Positions 1 through 12,004 of a DNA stretch of 64,000 bases are shown here, piece after piece. The position numbers and the translations under genes are program-made. Each line of letters starts with the position of its first letter. The first letter of the stretch is position 1. Below the pieces are notes generated by a model, which ran no database searches, had not been told where the DNA came from, and saw nothing but the letters and a program-made list of their open reading frames with translations. The DNA comes from Octopus sinensis. Its lineage: Eukaryota. The DNA is taken from positions 66,154,001 through 66,218,000 of the forward strand of contig NC_043002.1 in assembly GCF_006345805.1 (NCBI RefSeq), given 5' to 3'.

Positions 1-1056
1 GTTGAACGAAGAATTGAACGAAATCGTTTTATTGCATTCTACACGTGTTTCGAAAGGCACAATTTACCAAATTCCGATTGAATAAGGAGACCATATTGTG
101 TCTTTTCCTTCAGGAAGAAATAGGAAATCCATTGGAAAAAACAAAAACAGAACAGAGGCGGAGCAAAACAATCGAACGAGGCTCCTAAGAGCCCATGGCC
201 AAACTGTTTATCAATGTATGTTGAAACGGGTGGTGGGTGCGTGAAGATTTTAACGGGTCAGGACGCGGTCATTCCGGTGGGTGAGAGCACGGGGTGCTTA
301 GATGTTCTTTGTGACCGGACTAAAGTTCTGACTATTTAAAGAATATTAGGTGTATTATATGGGGCGAGACAAAATCTACTTAGAAAACATGTGTGTGTGT
401 ACTGTTCTATATGTGCGGCCGCAAATTGGTAAGAAGCGCTACACTCTGGTCACTGCTGAGAAATCCGTCAGGGTAGAAAGTAGGGGTAGAAGTATGTATT
501 TATGTGTTCGTATGTGTGTTTGATCACGCGGCCGTCAGTTGGTAAACAGCCCTACACAATGGTCACTGCTGTAAAATCAGTCGGGTGGCAGAAAAATAAT
601 AATAATTAAGTGTAGCGCTTCTTACCAACTTGCGGCCGCACATATAGAACAGTACACACACACATGTTTCTAAGTAGATTTTGTCTCGCCCCATATAATA
701 CACCTAATATTCTTTAAATAGTCAGAACTTTAGTCTCGGTCACAAAGAACATCTAAGCACCCCGTGCTCTCACCCACCGGAATGACCGCTGCCTGACCCG
801 TTAAAATCTTCAACGCACCCACCACCCGTTTTCAACATACATTGATAAACAGTTTGGCCATGGGCTCTTAGGAGCCTCGTTCGATTTGTTTTGCTCCGCC
901 TCTGTTCTGTTTTTGTTTTTTCCAATGGATTTCCTATTTCTTCCTGAAGAGAAAGACACAATATGGTCTCCTTATTCAATCGGAATTTGGTAAATTGTGC
1001 CTTTCGAAACACGTGTAGAATGCAATAAAACGATTTCTGTTCAATCTTCGTTCAAC
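1..1056. repeat. Large inverted repeat (arms 1-445 and 609-1056, spacer 446-608), non-coding, Penelope-like/foldback
   Basis: The arms are near-identical reverse complements (gttgaacgaag...gcgctacact vs agtgtagcgc...cttcgttcaac); (TA)n follows at 1081. Confidence 0.9.
935..1027 (+). ncRNA. Type I hammerhead ribozyme motif, core intact
   Basis: Stem I TTC 941-943/GAA 1018-1020 plus TATT/AATA; CTGAAGA 944-950; stem II GAAAG/CTTTC plus CACAAT/ATTGTG; GAAA 1006-1009; palindromic stem III ACACGTGT; GUA cleavage triplet ending at 1017. Confidence 0.75.
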
Positions 1057-1075
1057 TCCATTTCTTCAATTCACT

Positions 1076-1118
<43 letters not shown>

Positions 1119-1440
1119 ACATATTTATTTCAATTTCTGTCTGCCAAATCCACTCACAAAGCTCTGGTCGGCCAAGGCTATAGTAGAAGACACTTGGCCA
1201 AGGTGCCATGCAGTAGGGCTGAACCCAGAACCATGTGGCTGGGAAGCAAACTACTTACCAAATAGTAATCCTGCGTGTTCACCTTCTGTTGCATTTATGT
1301 TTGTCTCTGTACCTTGTTTGTTTGTTATTTCCCAGCAGCTTCTTGTCACTGATGCCATCACATCAGCACCAGCAACAACAATGACAACAACAGCAATGAC
1401 AACAACAACAACAACAACAGCAGCAGCAACAACATGATGA

Positions 1441-1750
1441 ATGGAGCCTCTACTTGGTCACCCAATTATGGTCAAGTGCAGTGTCTTTGTAAGATCCTTG
1501 GTGTTTTTCTCTGTAGCCAAATCTCAAACAAGAAAATCCAAAGACAATGCCGGCAGCAGCCGACCATTGGAGACCAAATCTGGCAGTGCAGGCTACAGTA
1601 GTTTGGCTGTAATCTGCAGGATGAGCACTGGAAGGCTACCACACCAACATCTGTGTTGGCAGCAACCAGTGCACAGGAGAATCCGGAGCAGAGCACCAAA
1701 GAATATATGGGTGAAACAAACTAAGGATGACCCGAGGAAACAGTAGCCAA
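1441..1750 (+). mobile_element. Old degenerate LINE (RTE-like) RT C-terminal fragment
   Basis: The ORF end ICRMSTGRLPHQHLCWQQP...RSRAPKNIW resembles the HVxRM...RLPKxxLxW...RxRGRPKxTW tail of RTE-clade ORFs; recognised by eye only. Confidence 0.45.
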
Positions 1751-1752
1751 GT

Positions 1753-2160
1753 AGGCGCAGGAGTGGCTGTGTGGTAAGAAGCTTGCTTCTTAACCACATG
1801 GCTCCAGGTTCAGTCCCACTGCATGGCACCTTGAGCAAAGAGTCTTCTACTATAGCTTCAGGCCAACCAAAGCCTTGTGAGTGGATTTGGTAGATGGAAA
1901 CTGAAAGAAGCACATCGTATATATATATATATATATATTCATACATATATATATATGTATGTATGTGTGTGTGTGTTTGGCACCCACCCCCCTCACCATC
2001 GCTTGACAACCAATGTTGGTGTGTTTGCAGTTTGGCAAAAGAGTTTGATAAAATAAGTACTAGGTTTACAAGGAATAAGTCCTGGGGTCAATTTGTTCAA
2101 CTAAAGGCAGTGCTCTAGCATGGCCGCAGTCAAATGACTGAAACAAGTAAAAGAAGAAAG
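1753..2160 (+). mobile_element. tRNA-derived CORE-type SINE (family B), full-length example
   Basis: Head ggcgcaggagtggctgtgtggtaag...ggttcagtcc, CORE-like ggcaccttgggcaagtgtctt, internal (TA)/(TG)n, tail gactgaaacaagtaaaag. Other copies at about 13745-14140(-), 17690-18110, 21129-21522, 26520-26870(-), 28205-28720, 37810-38180, 38630-38900(-), 44510-44893(-), 51110-51480(-), 61981-62365(-), 63535-63780(-). Confidence 0.85.
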
Positions 2161-2399
2161 GAATAAATATTCTTAAATCCGCCAACGTCTTGGAAAAGTT
2201 TAGTTTGGCTAATGTGGTCAAGGGTCCCAGCACATTCGGATGTCTGTGGTTGTAAATTGCTTTGGTCAATCAGGGTGGATCTAGGGTCTGCTTATTCGGA
2301 CCCTAGATTCCACCCATTATGTAGTCCTGGTATGGAACGACGACATCAATAACAAAAAGAAAATAGAGGAACAAGGATCTCTTCAGTTTTGAAATATAT

Positions 2400-2966
2400 A
2401 AAATAGCAATGATTGCATACAACAGGAGAAGCAACATCATCGCTGCCATCATCATCTTCATTTCTGCCATCACCATCGTTATCATCATCATCATCATCAT
2501 CCTCATATTCATTACTACTAACATGACCACCACTACCACCCTCATGATCATCATCATCAGACAACATCTACATATATGTTACATAATAACCAAAATCAAA
2601 AGTTTTTAACACCCACATGCAATCACACACACACACACACACACATATACAAATATAAGCATGCACATAACTCATATTTGCACACTAATACACACAGTTT
2701 TACGCACATGCATATATATGGGTACATACATTCATAAATACATATATATCTGTATATATATATATTATGTATATATATATATATATATATCTATGTATAT
2801 TATATATATATATTATAATATATATATATTGTATATATATATATATGTATGTATGTATGTATGTATATATACGTATATATAAAAGTATGTACGTTTGTAT
2901 ATCTATCTATTTGTCTCTCTCTCCCTCTCTCCCCTCTCTCTCTTTCTATATATATATATATATATA

Positions 2967-3007
<41 letters not shown>

Positions 3008-3654
3008 TATGCACACACACACGCAGACAGACATACAGACATGCACAAGACACATTTGCATACACCCACTTGAAACACCTACAAACACACCCATATGCAC
3101 ACACACATACACACACACACACATACACATGCATACCCAGATACAGACATAAGCAAGGAAATAGAGAAAGGAAGCAGCTAGCATATAGCACCATGACTCA
3201 TCCTTCCACCCACACAGCCGCTTATACCACCCCCATCCACCACTGCCATGACTGCCGCCGCCACAACCACCACTACCACCACCACCACGACTGCAGCTAC
3301 CCCTCCTCCATCTTCCACCCCACTGCCTCCTTCTCCCTAACCCCTTGAACATTGTGCAGGGTAACATTAACTTTTACCTTTGACCTTGGTGAGGGGAGAA
3401 TGCGACCTTGTTGCACATAGAGTCCATGACCTTGACAATGTCACAAACACTTGCCAACTTGGGATAAATTAAACATATCCCATTAGTGTGTGTATGTATG
3501 TATGCATTTGTGTGTCAGTAAGTATGCGTGTGTGCATATGTGGTATGTGTGCGTGTGTATGTATGTGTATGTGTGTGTGCATGCATATGCATATATTTCA
3601 TAATCATGATCATTGCCTTTTAACGTCAATCTTGTATGCCGGCATGGGTTAGAC

Positions 3655-3696
<42 letters not shown>

Positions 3697-3786
3697 GAAT
3701 CCTCCAGAAAATGAGGTAAAACACAAGAAAAAAACAACAATGCATGGACATGGTAGATGCAAAGTATTAGCAGACGCTCACAGAAG

Positions 3787-3843
<57 letters not shown>

Positions 3844-3964
3844 CATGTATGTATTTATTATCATCATCATCCTCACCATTTGATATCTGTCTTGATGATA
3901 ATGATGATAATGTTATACACCAAATATATCCAACACATACATATATATATATGTTTATATATAC

Positions 3965-4003
<39 letters not shown>

Positions 4004-4028
4004 CATACAAATATATATATATATGTAT

Positions 4029-4076
<48 letters not shown>

Positions 4077-4145
4077 CATATATATACATCATCATCATCG
4101 TCGTTTAATGTCCGCTTTCCATGCTAGCATGGGTTGGACGGTTTT

Positions 4146-4185
<40 letters not shown>

Positions 4186-4209
4186 CATGTACATATATAT
4201 ATATGCGCA
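2400..4209. repeat. Compound microsatellite tract ((CAT)n, (TA)n, (CA)n, (TATG)n, (CAC)n)
   Basis: Directly visible; explains the many low-complexity ORFs here. Confidence 0.95.
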
Positions 4210-6050
4210 CATCATCATCATCATCATCATCATCGTTTAACGTCCGTTTTCCGCGCTAGCACGGGTTGGACGGTTTGACCGGGGTCTGGGAAGCCAGGGG
4301 CCGCTCCAGGCTCCAGTCTGATTTGGCAGAGTTTCTACGGCTGGATGCCCTTCCTATCGCCAACCACTCCATGAGTGGATTGGGTGCTTTTTACGTGCCA
4401 CCTGCACAGGGGCCGGGGGGTCCGGCATTGGTCGCGATCGGTTCGAGCTTTTAACGTGCCAGCGGCACGGGGGCAACTGGGTCCGGGGTACTTTGGGGAT
4501 CTGGGGTACTTTGGGGATCCGGGGTACTTTGAATGGGTAGGGGGTATGTGGAATTGCTGCAGAAGCAGCCCGGGTCTTTGCAGTCACAGCATATCTCCAG
4601 AGATCTCGGTCTTTCGCCATTGCCTCAGTGAGGCCCAATGCTCTGAGGTCATGCTTGACTACCTCATCCCATGTCTTCCTGGGTCCACCTCTCCCCTGAT
4701 ACCTTCAACTGTTTGGGAGTGGCACTTCTTCACACATCTCTCTTCATCCATCCGCAGCACATGACCATACCATCGCAAGCGTCGCTCTTGCACACCACAT
4801 CTGATGCTTCTTATATCCAGCATTTCTCTTAGGATGCTTACACTCTGTCTTGCATGCACACTGACACTATACATCCAGCGGATCATGCTAGCTTCATTTC
4901 TTTCAAGTCTACACATGTCCTCTGCAGTCACTGCCCATGTTTCATTACCGTGAGCATGGCAGTTCGCACACATGCATCATACAATCTACCTTTCGCTCTG
5001 AGGGAGAGACCTTTTGTTGCCAGTAGGGGTAGGAGCTTTCTGAACTTTGCCCAGGCTATTCGTATTCTAGTGGTGATACTCTCTGTGCATCCACCTCCGC
5101 TACTAACTTGGTCACCCAGGTAGCGGAAACTATCAACTACTTCTAGTTTCTCTCCCTGGAGTGTGATGGAATCTGTTTTCTGAGTGTCTGTTGTGTCTAT
5201 TGTCCCTGTGCATCTGCCGTACATGAAAGCTATCTTATCTGTTAATTTCCCTTTAATGTTGCTGCATCTCTTATGTGTCCATAACTTACATTGGGTGCAT
5301 CTTATGGAGTTTCTACCTGTACCTTTCCTACAGATTGAGCAGGGCCACCTACCCGAGGGGGTGTGTGCTGAGTACCTCTTGCTGCTTACTAATACTTTGG
5401 TCTTTGCTACATTTATTCTAAGGCCTTTTGATTCCAACCCTTGCTTCCACACCCGAAATTTCTCTTCTAGTTCCGGTAGTGATTCTGCTATGAGAGCTAG
5501 GTCATTGGCATAGAGGAGCTCCCAGGGGCATCCCGTTTTGAATTCCTCTGTTATTGCCTGAAGGACTATGATGAATAAAAGGGGACTGAGGGCTGAGCCC
5601 TGGTGCACACCTACTTCTACCCAGAATTCTTCACTATATTCGTTGCCAATCCTAACCTTGCTGACAGCCTCTCTGTATAGAGCCTGTACAGCCCTTATTA
5701 GCCATTCTTCAATCTCCAGTTTCCACATCGACCACCAGATGAGGGAACGGGGAACCCTGTCAAAGGCTTTCTCCAAGTCTACAAAAGCTATGTAGAGGGG
5801 TTTATCTTTAGCTAGGTACTTTCCTGCAGTTGTCGGACCAGGAATATAGCATCAGTGGTGCTTCTACCTGGTACAAAACCGAACTGCATTTCATCTAAAC
5901 AAATTCTCTCCCTAATGAGATGGGTTATGATCTTCTCTGAGACCTTCATCACCTGGTCCAACAGTTTGATACCTCTGTAGTTATTTCTATCTAGAGCATC
6001 ACCCTTACCCTTGTAGCAGTTGACTATGGTGCTGCTGCACCAGTCATTGG
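4210..6050 (-). mobile_element. 5'-truncated, inactivated RTE-clade LINE (RT domain, 3'UTR, (GAT)n tail)
   Basis: EKAFDRV, GVHQGSALSPLLF, and YAND in place of YADD (5501-5512); 1-nt frameshifts near 5821 and 4945; RRLRWYGHVLRM; runs without a break into the ggcacgtaaaaagcacc...gttaaacgatgatg tail. Confidence 0.92.
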
Positions 6051-6057
6051 GTATATA

Positions 6058-6089
<32 letters not shown>

Positions 6090-6350
6090 GTATTTATATG
6101 TACACACACTCACGCACACACATATATATATGGGTATGTTGGTGCAAACAGGAAAAATAGAACTTCAAATATGAGTATATGTATGTATTTTTATTAATGT
6201 TTAAGGGAAGTAACAGAGTGGTTTGAGAGTTTTGTGCACTTTCTCTTATCAGACTAGTTTGAAAAGCACCAATGCACAAAACTTTAGGACTTTAAGTCAC
6301 TCTGTTACTTCTGCTAAATATCAATATATATATATATATATATATATATA

Positions 6351-6810
6351 TCATCATCATCATCATCATCGTTTAACGTCCGTTTTCCGCGCTAGCACGT
6401 GTTGGATGGTTCGACTGGGGTCTGGGAAGCCAGGGGCTGCTCCAGGCTCCAGTCTGATCTGGCAGAGTTTCTACGGCTGGATGCCCTTCCTAATGCCAAC
6501 CACTCCGCGAGTGTAGTGGGTGCTTTTTACGTGCCACCGGCACAGGTGCCAGGCGGGGTCCGGCATCGGCCACGATCGGTTGGAGATTTTAATGTGCCAG
6601 CGGCACGGAAGCCAGCCAAGGCGGTGCTGGCAACGTTCGGATAGTGCTTTTTATGTGCCACCGGCACAGAAGCCAGTTGGGGTGGGGCTGGAATCGGCCA
6701 CATTCGGATAGTGCTTTTTATGTGCCACCGGCACAGAAGCCAGTCGGGTCGGCGCTGGCATCGGCCACATTCAGATAGTGCTTTTTATGTGCCACCGGCA
6801 CAGGCATCAT
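6351..6810 (-). mobile_element. RTE 3'-end-derived repeat with about four tandem ~65-bp internal units
   Basis: Same tail as 4210-4460. Further copies at about 10622-10876, 12330-12800(-), 16120-16690, 18290-19620, 40070-40285, 41330-41655, 42535-43012, 47360-47562, 52325-52490(-), 60040-60205, 60466-60850, 61530-61740. Confidence 0.85.
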
Positions 6811-7329
6811 AACTTCTATTTCCATTGATATTTATTTCGACGTTCATGTTCATGTATTATATATATATATATATATATTTATATTATATTATATCATATT
6901 ATATTATATGTGCATACATTTTTGTAGGCATGGGCATGGCTGTGTGGTTAGGGAGTTTACTTCCTAGTTATATGGTTTCGGGTTCAGTCCCACTGTGTGG
7001 CACTTTGGGTAGGTGTCTTCTACTATAGCCCCGAGCCGACCGGAGCTTTGTGATTGAATTCAGTGGGTGGAAGTTACTGCCATGTATGTATATGTGCGTG
7101 TAGGTGCTCAGTGCCTCTCCGAAAGAGAGAGAGAGGGATATTGCGTTTTTGTTCCATTTATATATACTTAGATTGAGTCACCTTGCTAATCAAGATTCTG
7201 TGTACGGGTGTTGGTACCTAGTATTCCTTGTACTTTTGTTACTTATGTATGCATGCATGTATGTATGTATGTTTGTATGTATGTATGTATGTGTGTATGA
7301 GTGCATAGATGTGTATTACATTTATATAA

Positions 7330-7714
7330 AGAGTAAGAGAAAGAGAGATAGACTGGTAGACTGACAGACAGACAGATAGATAGACAGATAGGTAGATAAA
7401 TAGCTATGTTTCTTTATTAACCACATGGCTGAACACAGACGAGACAAATTACATAGTAGAGCTTTTATTTTGGGGGAGAAAACAAAAGTGGCGTAGATTT
7501 TCGATCAAAAGGAATTGTAAAAAGGAAAGAAAAAAAAAGAAAAAAAAGGGATCATGTATCACAGAAATGTATGATGTAAAGTGCAAAGGGAGAAACAGAT
7601 AAGGTTTATCCATGGAAAAAAAAGCCTATGGAAAAGACCATGGTAACCTCGGTCAATAATGTCACATGTTAACACATATATTTGCAAGTAATTAACTCTC
7701 TATAGATAGATGGC

Positions 7715-7769
<55 letters not shown>

Positions 7770-7785
7770 GGATTAGGTAGGTAAG

Positions 7786-7824
<39 letters not shown>

Positions 7825-8700
7825 ATAGATAGGTAGGTAGATAGATAGGTAGGTAGGTAGGTAAGTAGATAGATAGATAGATAGACAGATAGATAGATAA
7901 ATAGATATGTAGGTAGGTAGATAGATAGATAAATAGATAGGTAGGTAGATAGGTAGGTAGGTAGGTAGGTAGGAAGATAAGTAGGTAGGTAGGTAAGTAG
8001 ATAGATAGACAGGTAGGTAGGGAGGGAGGGAGGTAGGTAGGTAGGTAAATACATAGATAGATCTTACGTATACACAGGTACAAATCACTCCCCTCACCAC
8101 TACTACTATCACTACTGCAACCCTCCCCAGTTATATGTGAAAGTGGAGGAATGCAAAAGTGTGAGTGTACTTTATGAGCCAATGTACTTTACAAGCCTTT
8201 TTCTTTACTTTTGTATGCAAATGTGTAACTGCCTTATTGTATGCATGTATGGATGTCCTTATGTATGTATGAATGCATGTATGTGTGTACATATGCTTGT
8301 ATATGTGTATATGTATATATATGTCTGTATGTGCATGGTTGTATAAATATTTGTATAAATGCATGTGTGTATGCTTGCATGTAAGAATGCATATATTTTG
8401 GTGTGTATACATCTGTAGTTATGCATGTATGTGTGTATGTGCATGTGTGTATGTATGTGAATGTGTATGTGCATTGTGTGTGAACGCATGTGTGTGCATG
8501 CATGAGTACACATGTGTGCATGCATGCATGTGCATGTGTGGGCATATGTGTGTATGTATGTGAGTGCATGTGTGTGTGCATGTATATGTGTGTGAATGCA
8601 TGTGTATGCATGTGTGTATGTCTGTGTGAGTGAATGCATGTGTGTGTATGCATGTGTATATGTGTGTATGTCTGTGTGTGTGCATGTGTGTGTGTGTGTC
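7330..8700. repeat. Microsatellite/low-complexity tract ((GATA)n, (GGTA)n, (TG/TGCA)n)
   Basis: Directly visible. Confidence 0.95.
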
Positions 8701-11700
8701 CTGGGTATGGCACTATACTGCACCCAGATGTTGGGCCCTGGTATGGAAGTTCCAGTGTTTTGAGGAAAGCTGAACCACACCTTAGTCACTATTGTTCCCA
8801 GGTCTGCTTTGACCCAAAGTAGTGGCAGCTGTTAGGGACCCAGCTATGGGTTAACTAGCATGTGAACTACTGAGAACCCCTAGTTCTCATTAGAACTTTC
8901 TTCTAGGGGCAAAAGGTAGATTCATATAAAGAACACCTGAAATGCAGTTGGTACTGGTCATTTCAGCCTCTGTTGTACCACTGCTTTTTGCAGCTGATTA
9001 CACTAAAAAGTGGGTCCAGTACTGTACAACACCTTATCTACTCAAAGCAAATTCCTACACTACTACTTAAAAGCACCCAGTCCACAGTGGTTCAAGTGGT
9101 TGGTGCTTGGTAGGGCGTCCAGCTGTAAAAACCTTGCCAAAACTGACCTTGCCTGTGCTTGTCCCACGTGAAAAGCACTAAGTCCACTCTGCTGAGTTGT
9201 TGGTGTTAGAAAGGGCATCTAGCTGTAAAAACCCTGCCAAGACAGTCAGGTAAGTCTGGTGCAGGCTTTGGCCAGGCTGGCTCTTGTGGAACCATCCCAC
9301 CCATGCTAACATGGCAGGCAGGCATTAAACAACGACGATGGAACTTCTTGGACTCTAGGGACATTTGCATGGACTTACTGACTTTAGGAAGAGGTCTTAC
9401 TCAGTTATGAGCTGACTCCCACCATGCTTTTCTACTCTAGGCAAATGCCTGAAATTTTTTGGGAGTGGGGCAATCGATTAGATCAACCTCAGTACGCCAC
9501 TGGTACTTAATTTATTGAGCCCAAAAGGATGGAAAGTAAAGTTGACCTTGGCGAAATTTGAACTCAAAACGTTAAGTCAGACGAAATACCGCTAAGCATT
9601 TCGCCCTGCATGCAAACGTTTCTTATTTCTTTATTGCCCACAAGGGGCTAAACATAAAGGGGACAAACAAGGACAGACATAAGGATTAAGTTGATTATAT
9701 CAACCCCAGTGCGTAACTGGTACTTAATTTATCAACCTCAAAAGGATGAAAGGCAAAGTCAATCTCGGTGAAAATTGAACTCAGAATGTAAAGACAGACG
9801 AAATACTGCTAAGCATTTTGCCCAGTGTGCTAACGTTTCTGCCAGCTCACCACTTTCATATATGTGTATATGGTTGTATATATAGTTGTGTATGTCTCTG
9901 TATGTGCACATACATATAAGAATGCACATATGGTTGTGTATATGTGTCCGTAAGTATATACAGAGTGGCCCAAAAGTAGGTTTACAGTTATTCAAATATC
10001 GCTTTCATATTCATATATTAACATTTTAGATCACACCAGTAAATTTAAAAAGTGATATATACCCAGAGTCACATATACATACATACATACATACACACAC
10101 ACACATATATATACATGTTGAAAGACACCTGTTGTTATATTCTTGTTTGTATTTGTAATTATGTACCATGTTCTCCAACGTTTTTGTCTTTGTTGTCATA
10201 CATGTTTGCTAGCTTTCTTACAAATAAAATCTAATGCTCTTAGGTTAGACTTTTTTGAGAGCAACCAGGTACAAACAGTCTCAAGTGTATCTGCCAGAAA
10301 CTGTAAGGACATCTGGTAACCTGACTGATGAAAGAAGGTCATGAATGACCTGCCCTTTTTTTTCCTGTCCATCTTTGTATCATTTATCTGTCTGGATGAT
10401 TTATTGTCCTCCATTGCGTTTTTGTTCCATTTTTTATATTTATATTTATATATATATATTTTTTTTTTCTATTTTCTATTTTCTCTACCTGTTTATTTCT
10501 GTGTTCCTTCCTGTTGAAGCGCGTAGGCTTGAAATGTAAAAGACTCTCTCACTTCACTAATACATCTGTTTGTTGTTTACACACCCGTCTTTGTATTTTG
10601 TTTTTATGTAAATTCTCACTGTGCCAGTGACACGTAAAGAGCACCTACTGATTGTGACCATTGCCAGCACCCTCTGGCCCCTGTGCTGGTGGCACATAAA
10701 AAGCAACCACTACACTTATGGAGTGGTTGGCGTTAGGAACGGCATCCAGCTGTAGAAACACTGCCAGATCAGACTGGAGCCTGGTGCAGCCTCCTGGCTT
10801 TCCAGACCCCAGTCGAATCGTCCAACCCATGCTAGCATAGAAAACGGACGTTAAACGATGATGATGATGATGATGATAATATATATATATATAGGTATGT
10901 ATGTATATGCGACTCTAGGTATATATGTGTGTGTTTTGTATGTTTGTTTCCCTAAACATATTTAAGAAACTATGTATGCTTTTTGGGTGTAGGCAGGAAT
11001 GTATTTCTGTATGTTCTTGCCGATGTTTAACCCAGGACAATCTTGATCAAGTAGGCCTATGATCAAAAGTATTCTAGCCTTGGCCATCTCTCCTTTTTAC
11101 TCAGGCAATGTGTATTTAGAACTACATCAGTTAATGTGTTTCTCATGTTTTTTTAGATGGTAGCGTAGAGTTGAGGAAAATTTGGCTGCTATTTTTAACA
11201 AGTCAAACAACTCTGTTGGTGCCCTCTGTTTGGCTCATGCAGCAGTTGTACAAATTTATGTTTGTACAACTAAATATATGTTCTTATGGACACCTACCTG
11301 GGTATATCAATGGTAGGGTTGGCAAACATTCATGTACATGTGTACATGTGTGTGTGTCTGTGTGTGTGTGAGAGAAAAGGAGAGCATGTGTGTGTGTGAG
11401 AGAGAGTATATGTGTGTGTGTATGAGAGAGAGAGAGAGAGCATTGTGTGTGAGAGAGAGAGAGCATGTGTGTATGTGAGAGAAAGAGAGAGAGAGAGAAA
11501 AGAGAGAGAGAGAAAGAGAGAGGAGAGAGAGTAGATAAGAAATGTGAGCCACAATTTGAGAAAGCATTGAGTACTATATTAATACACACTCACACACACA
11601 CACACACACACACACATACATTTACAAACTCACACTCACACACACACATTATACATACCTGCTGCTGCAGCCTACCCAAGCATGTCATCTCTCTCCTTCC

Positions 11701-11726
11701 TCTGTCAACTGTATCATCATTACCAC

Positions 11727-12004
11727 CAGTGGCAGACTGGGTCTAAAATATTGGTTGCCAGGAGACTAAGGGTGTCCACCTGCAACTACAACGCTATCAT
11801 TTTTTGCTTTTGTTTGTTAAAAGTATTCTTTTCAACTGTCTACAAACACAGCCAGGCTGAAATAATTAATGGAGTGAATAAAAATTCTCAAACTTGAGGG
11901 GATGGGCCCCTTAGATACTACCATGGGCCCCTATATATGGATTCTAATGGTGCAGGTGCCCCTTTGCCATCAGGCAAACTGGCAACCTCACCAGTCTGCC
12001 ACTG
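11727..12004. mobile_element. hAT-type MITE
   Basis: Perfect 14-bp TIR CAGTGGCAGACTGG/CCAGTCTGCCACTG; 8-bp flanks attaccac/attaccct (6 of 8 match). Confidence 0.8.

Noticed and set aside
770-1012. 80-aa ORF in the foldback arm as a GIY-YIG or other protein
   Set aside because: No recognisable motif; it is antisense to the hammerhead; the mirror arm has frame-breaking differences.
2303-8822. Dozens of YI/HT/CV/poly-His ORFs (also at 11284-11746, 15586-16158 and 49626-50250)
   Set aside because: They are translations of microsatellites.
10199-10320. Possible minus-strand exon GYQMSLQFLADTLETVCTW... of a gene divergent from DDX55
   Set aside because: Plausible AG/GT ends, but no recognised homology and no partner exons found; needs TBLASTN or RNA-seq.
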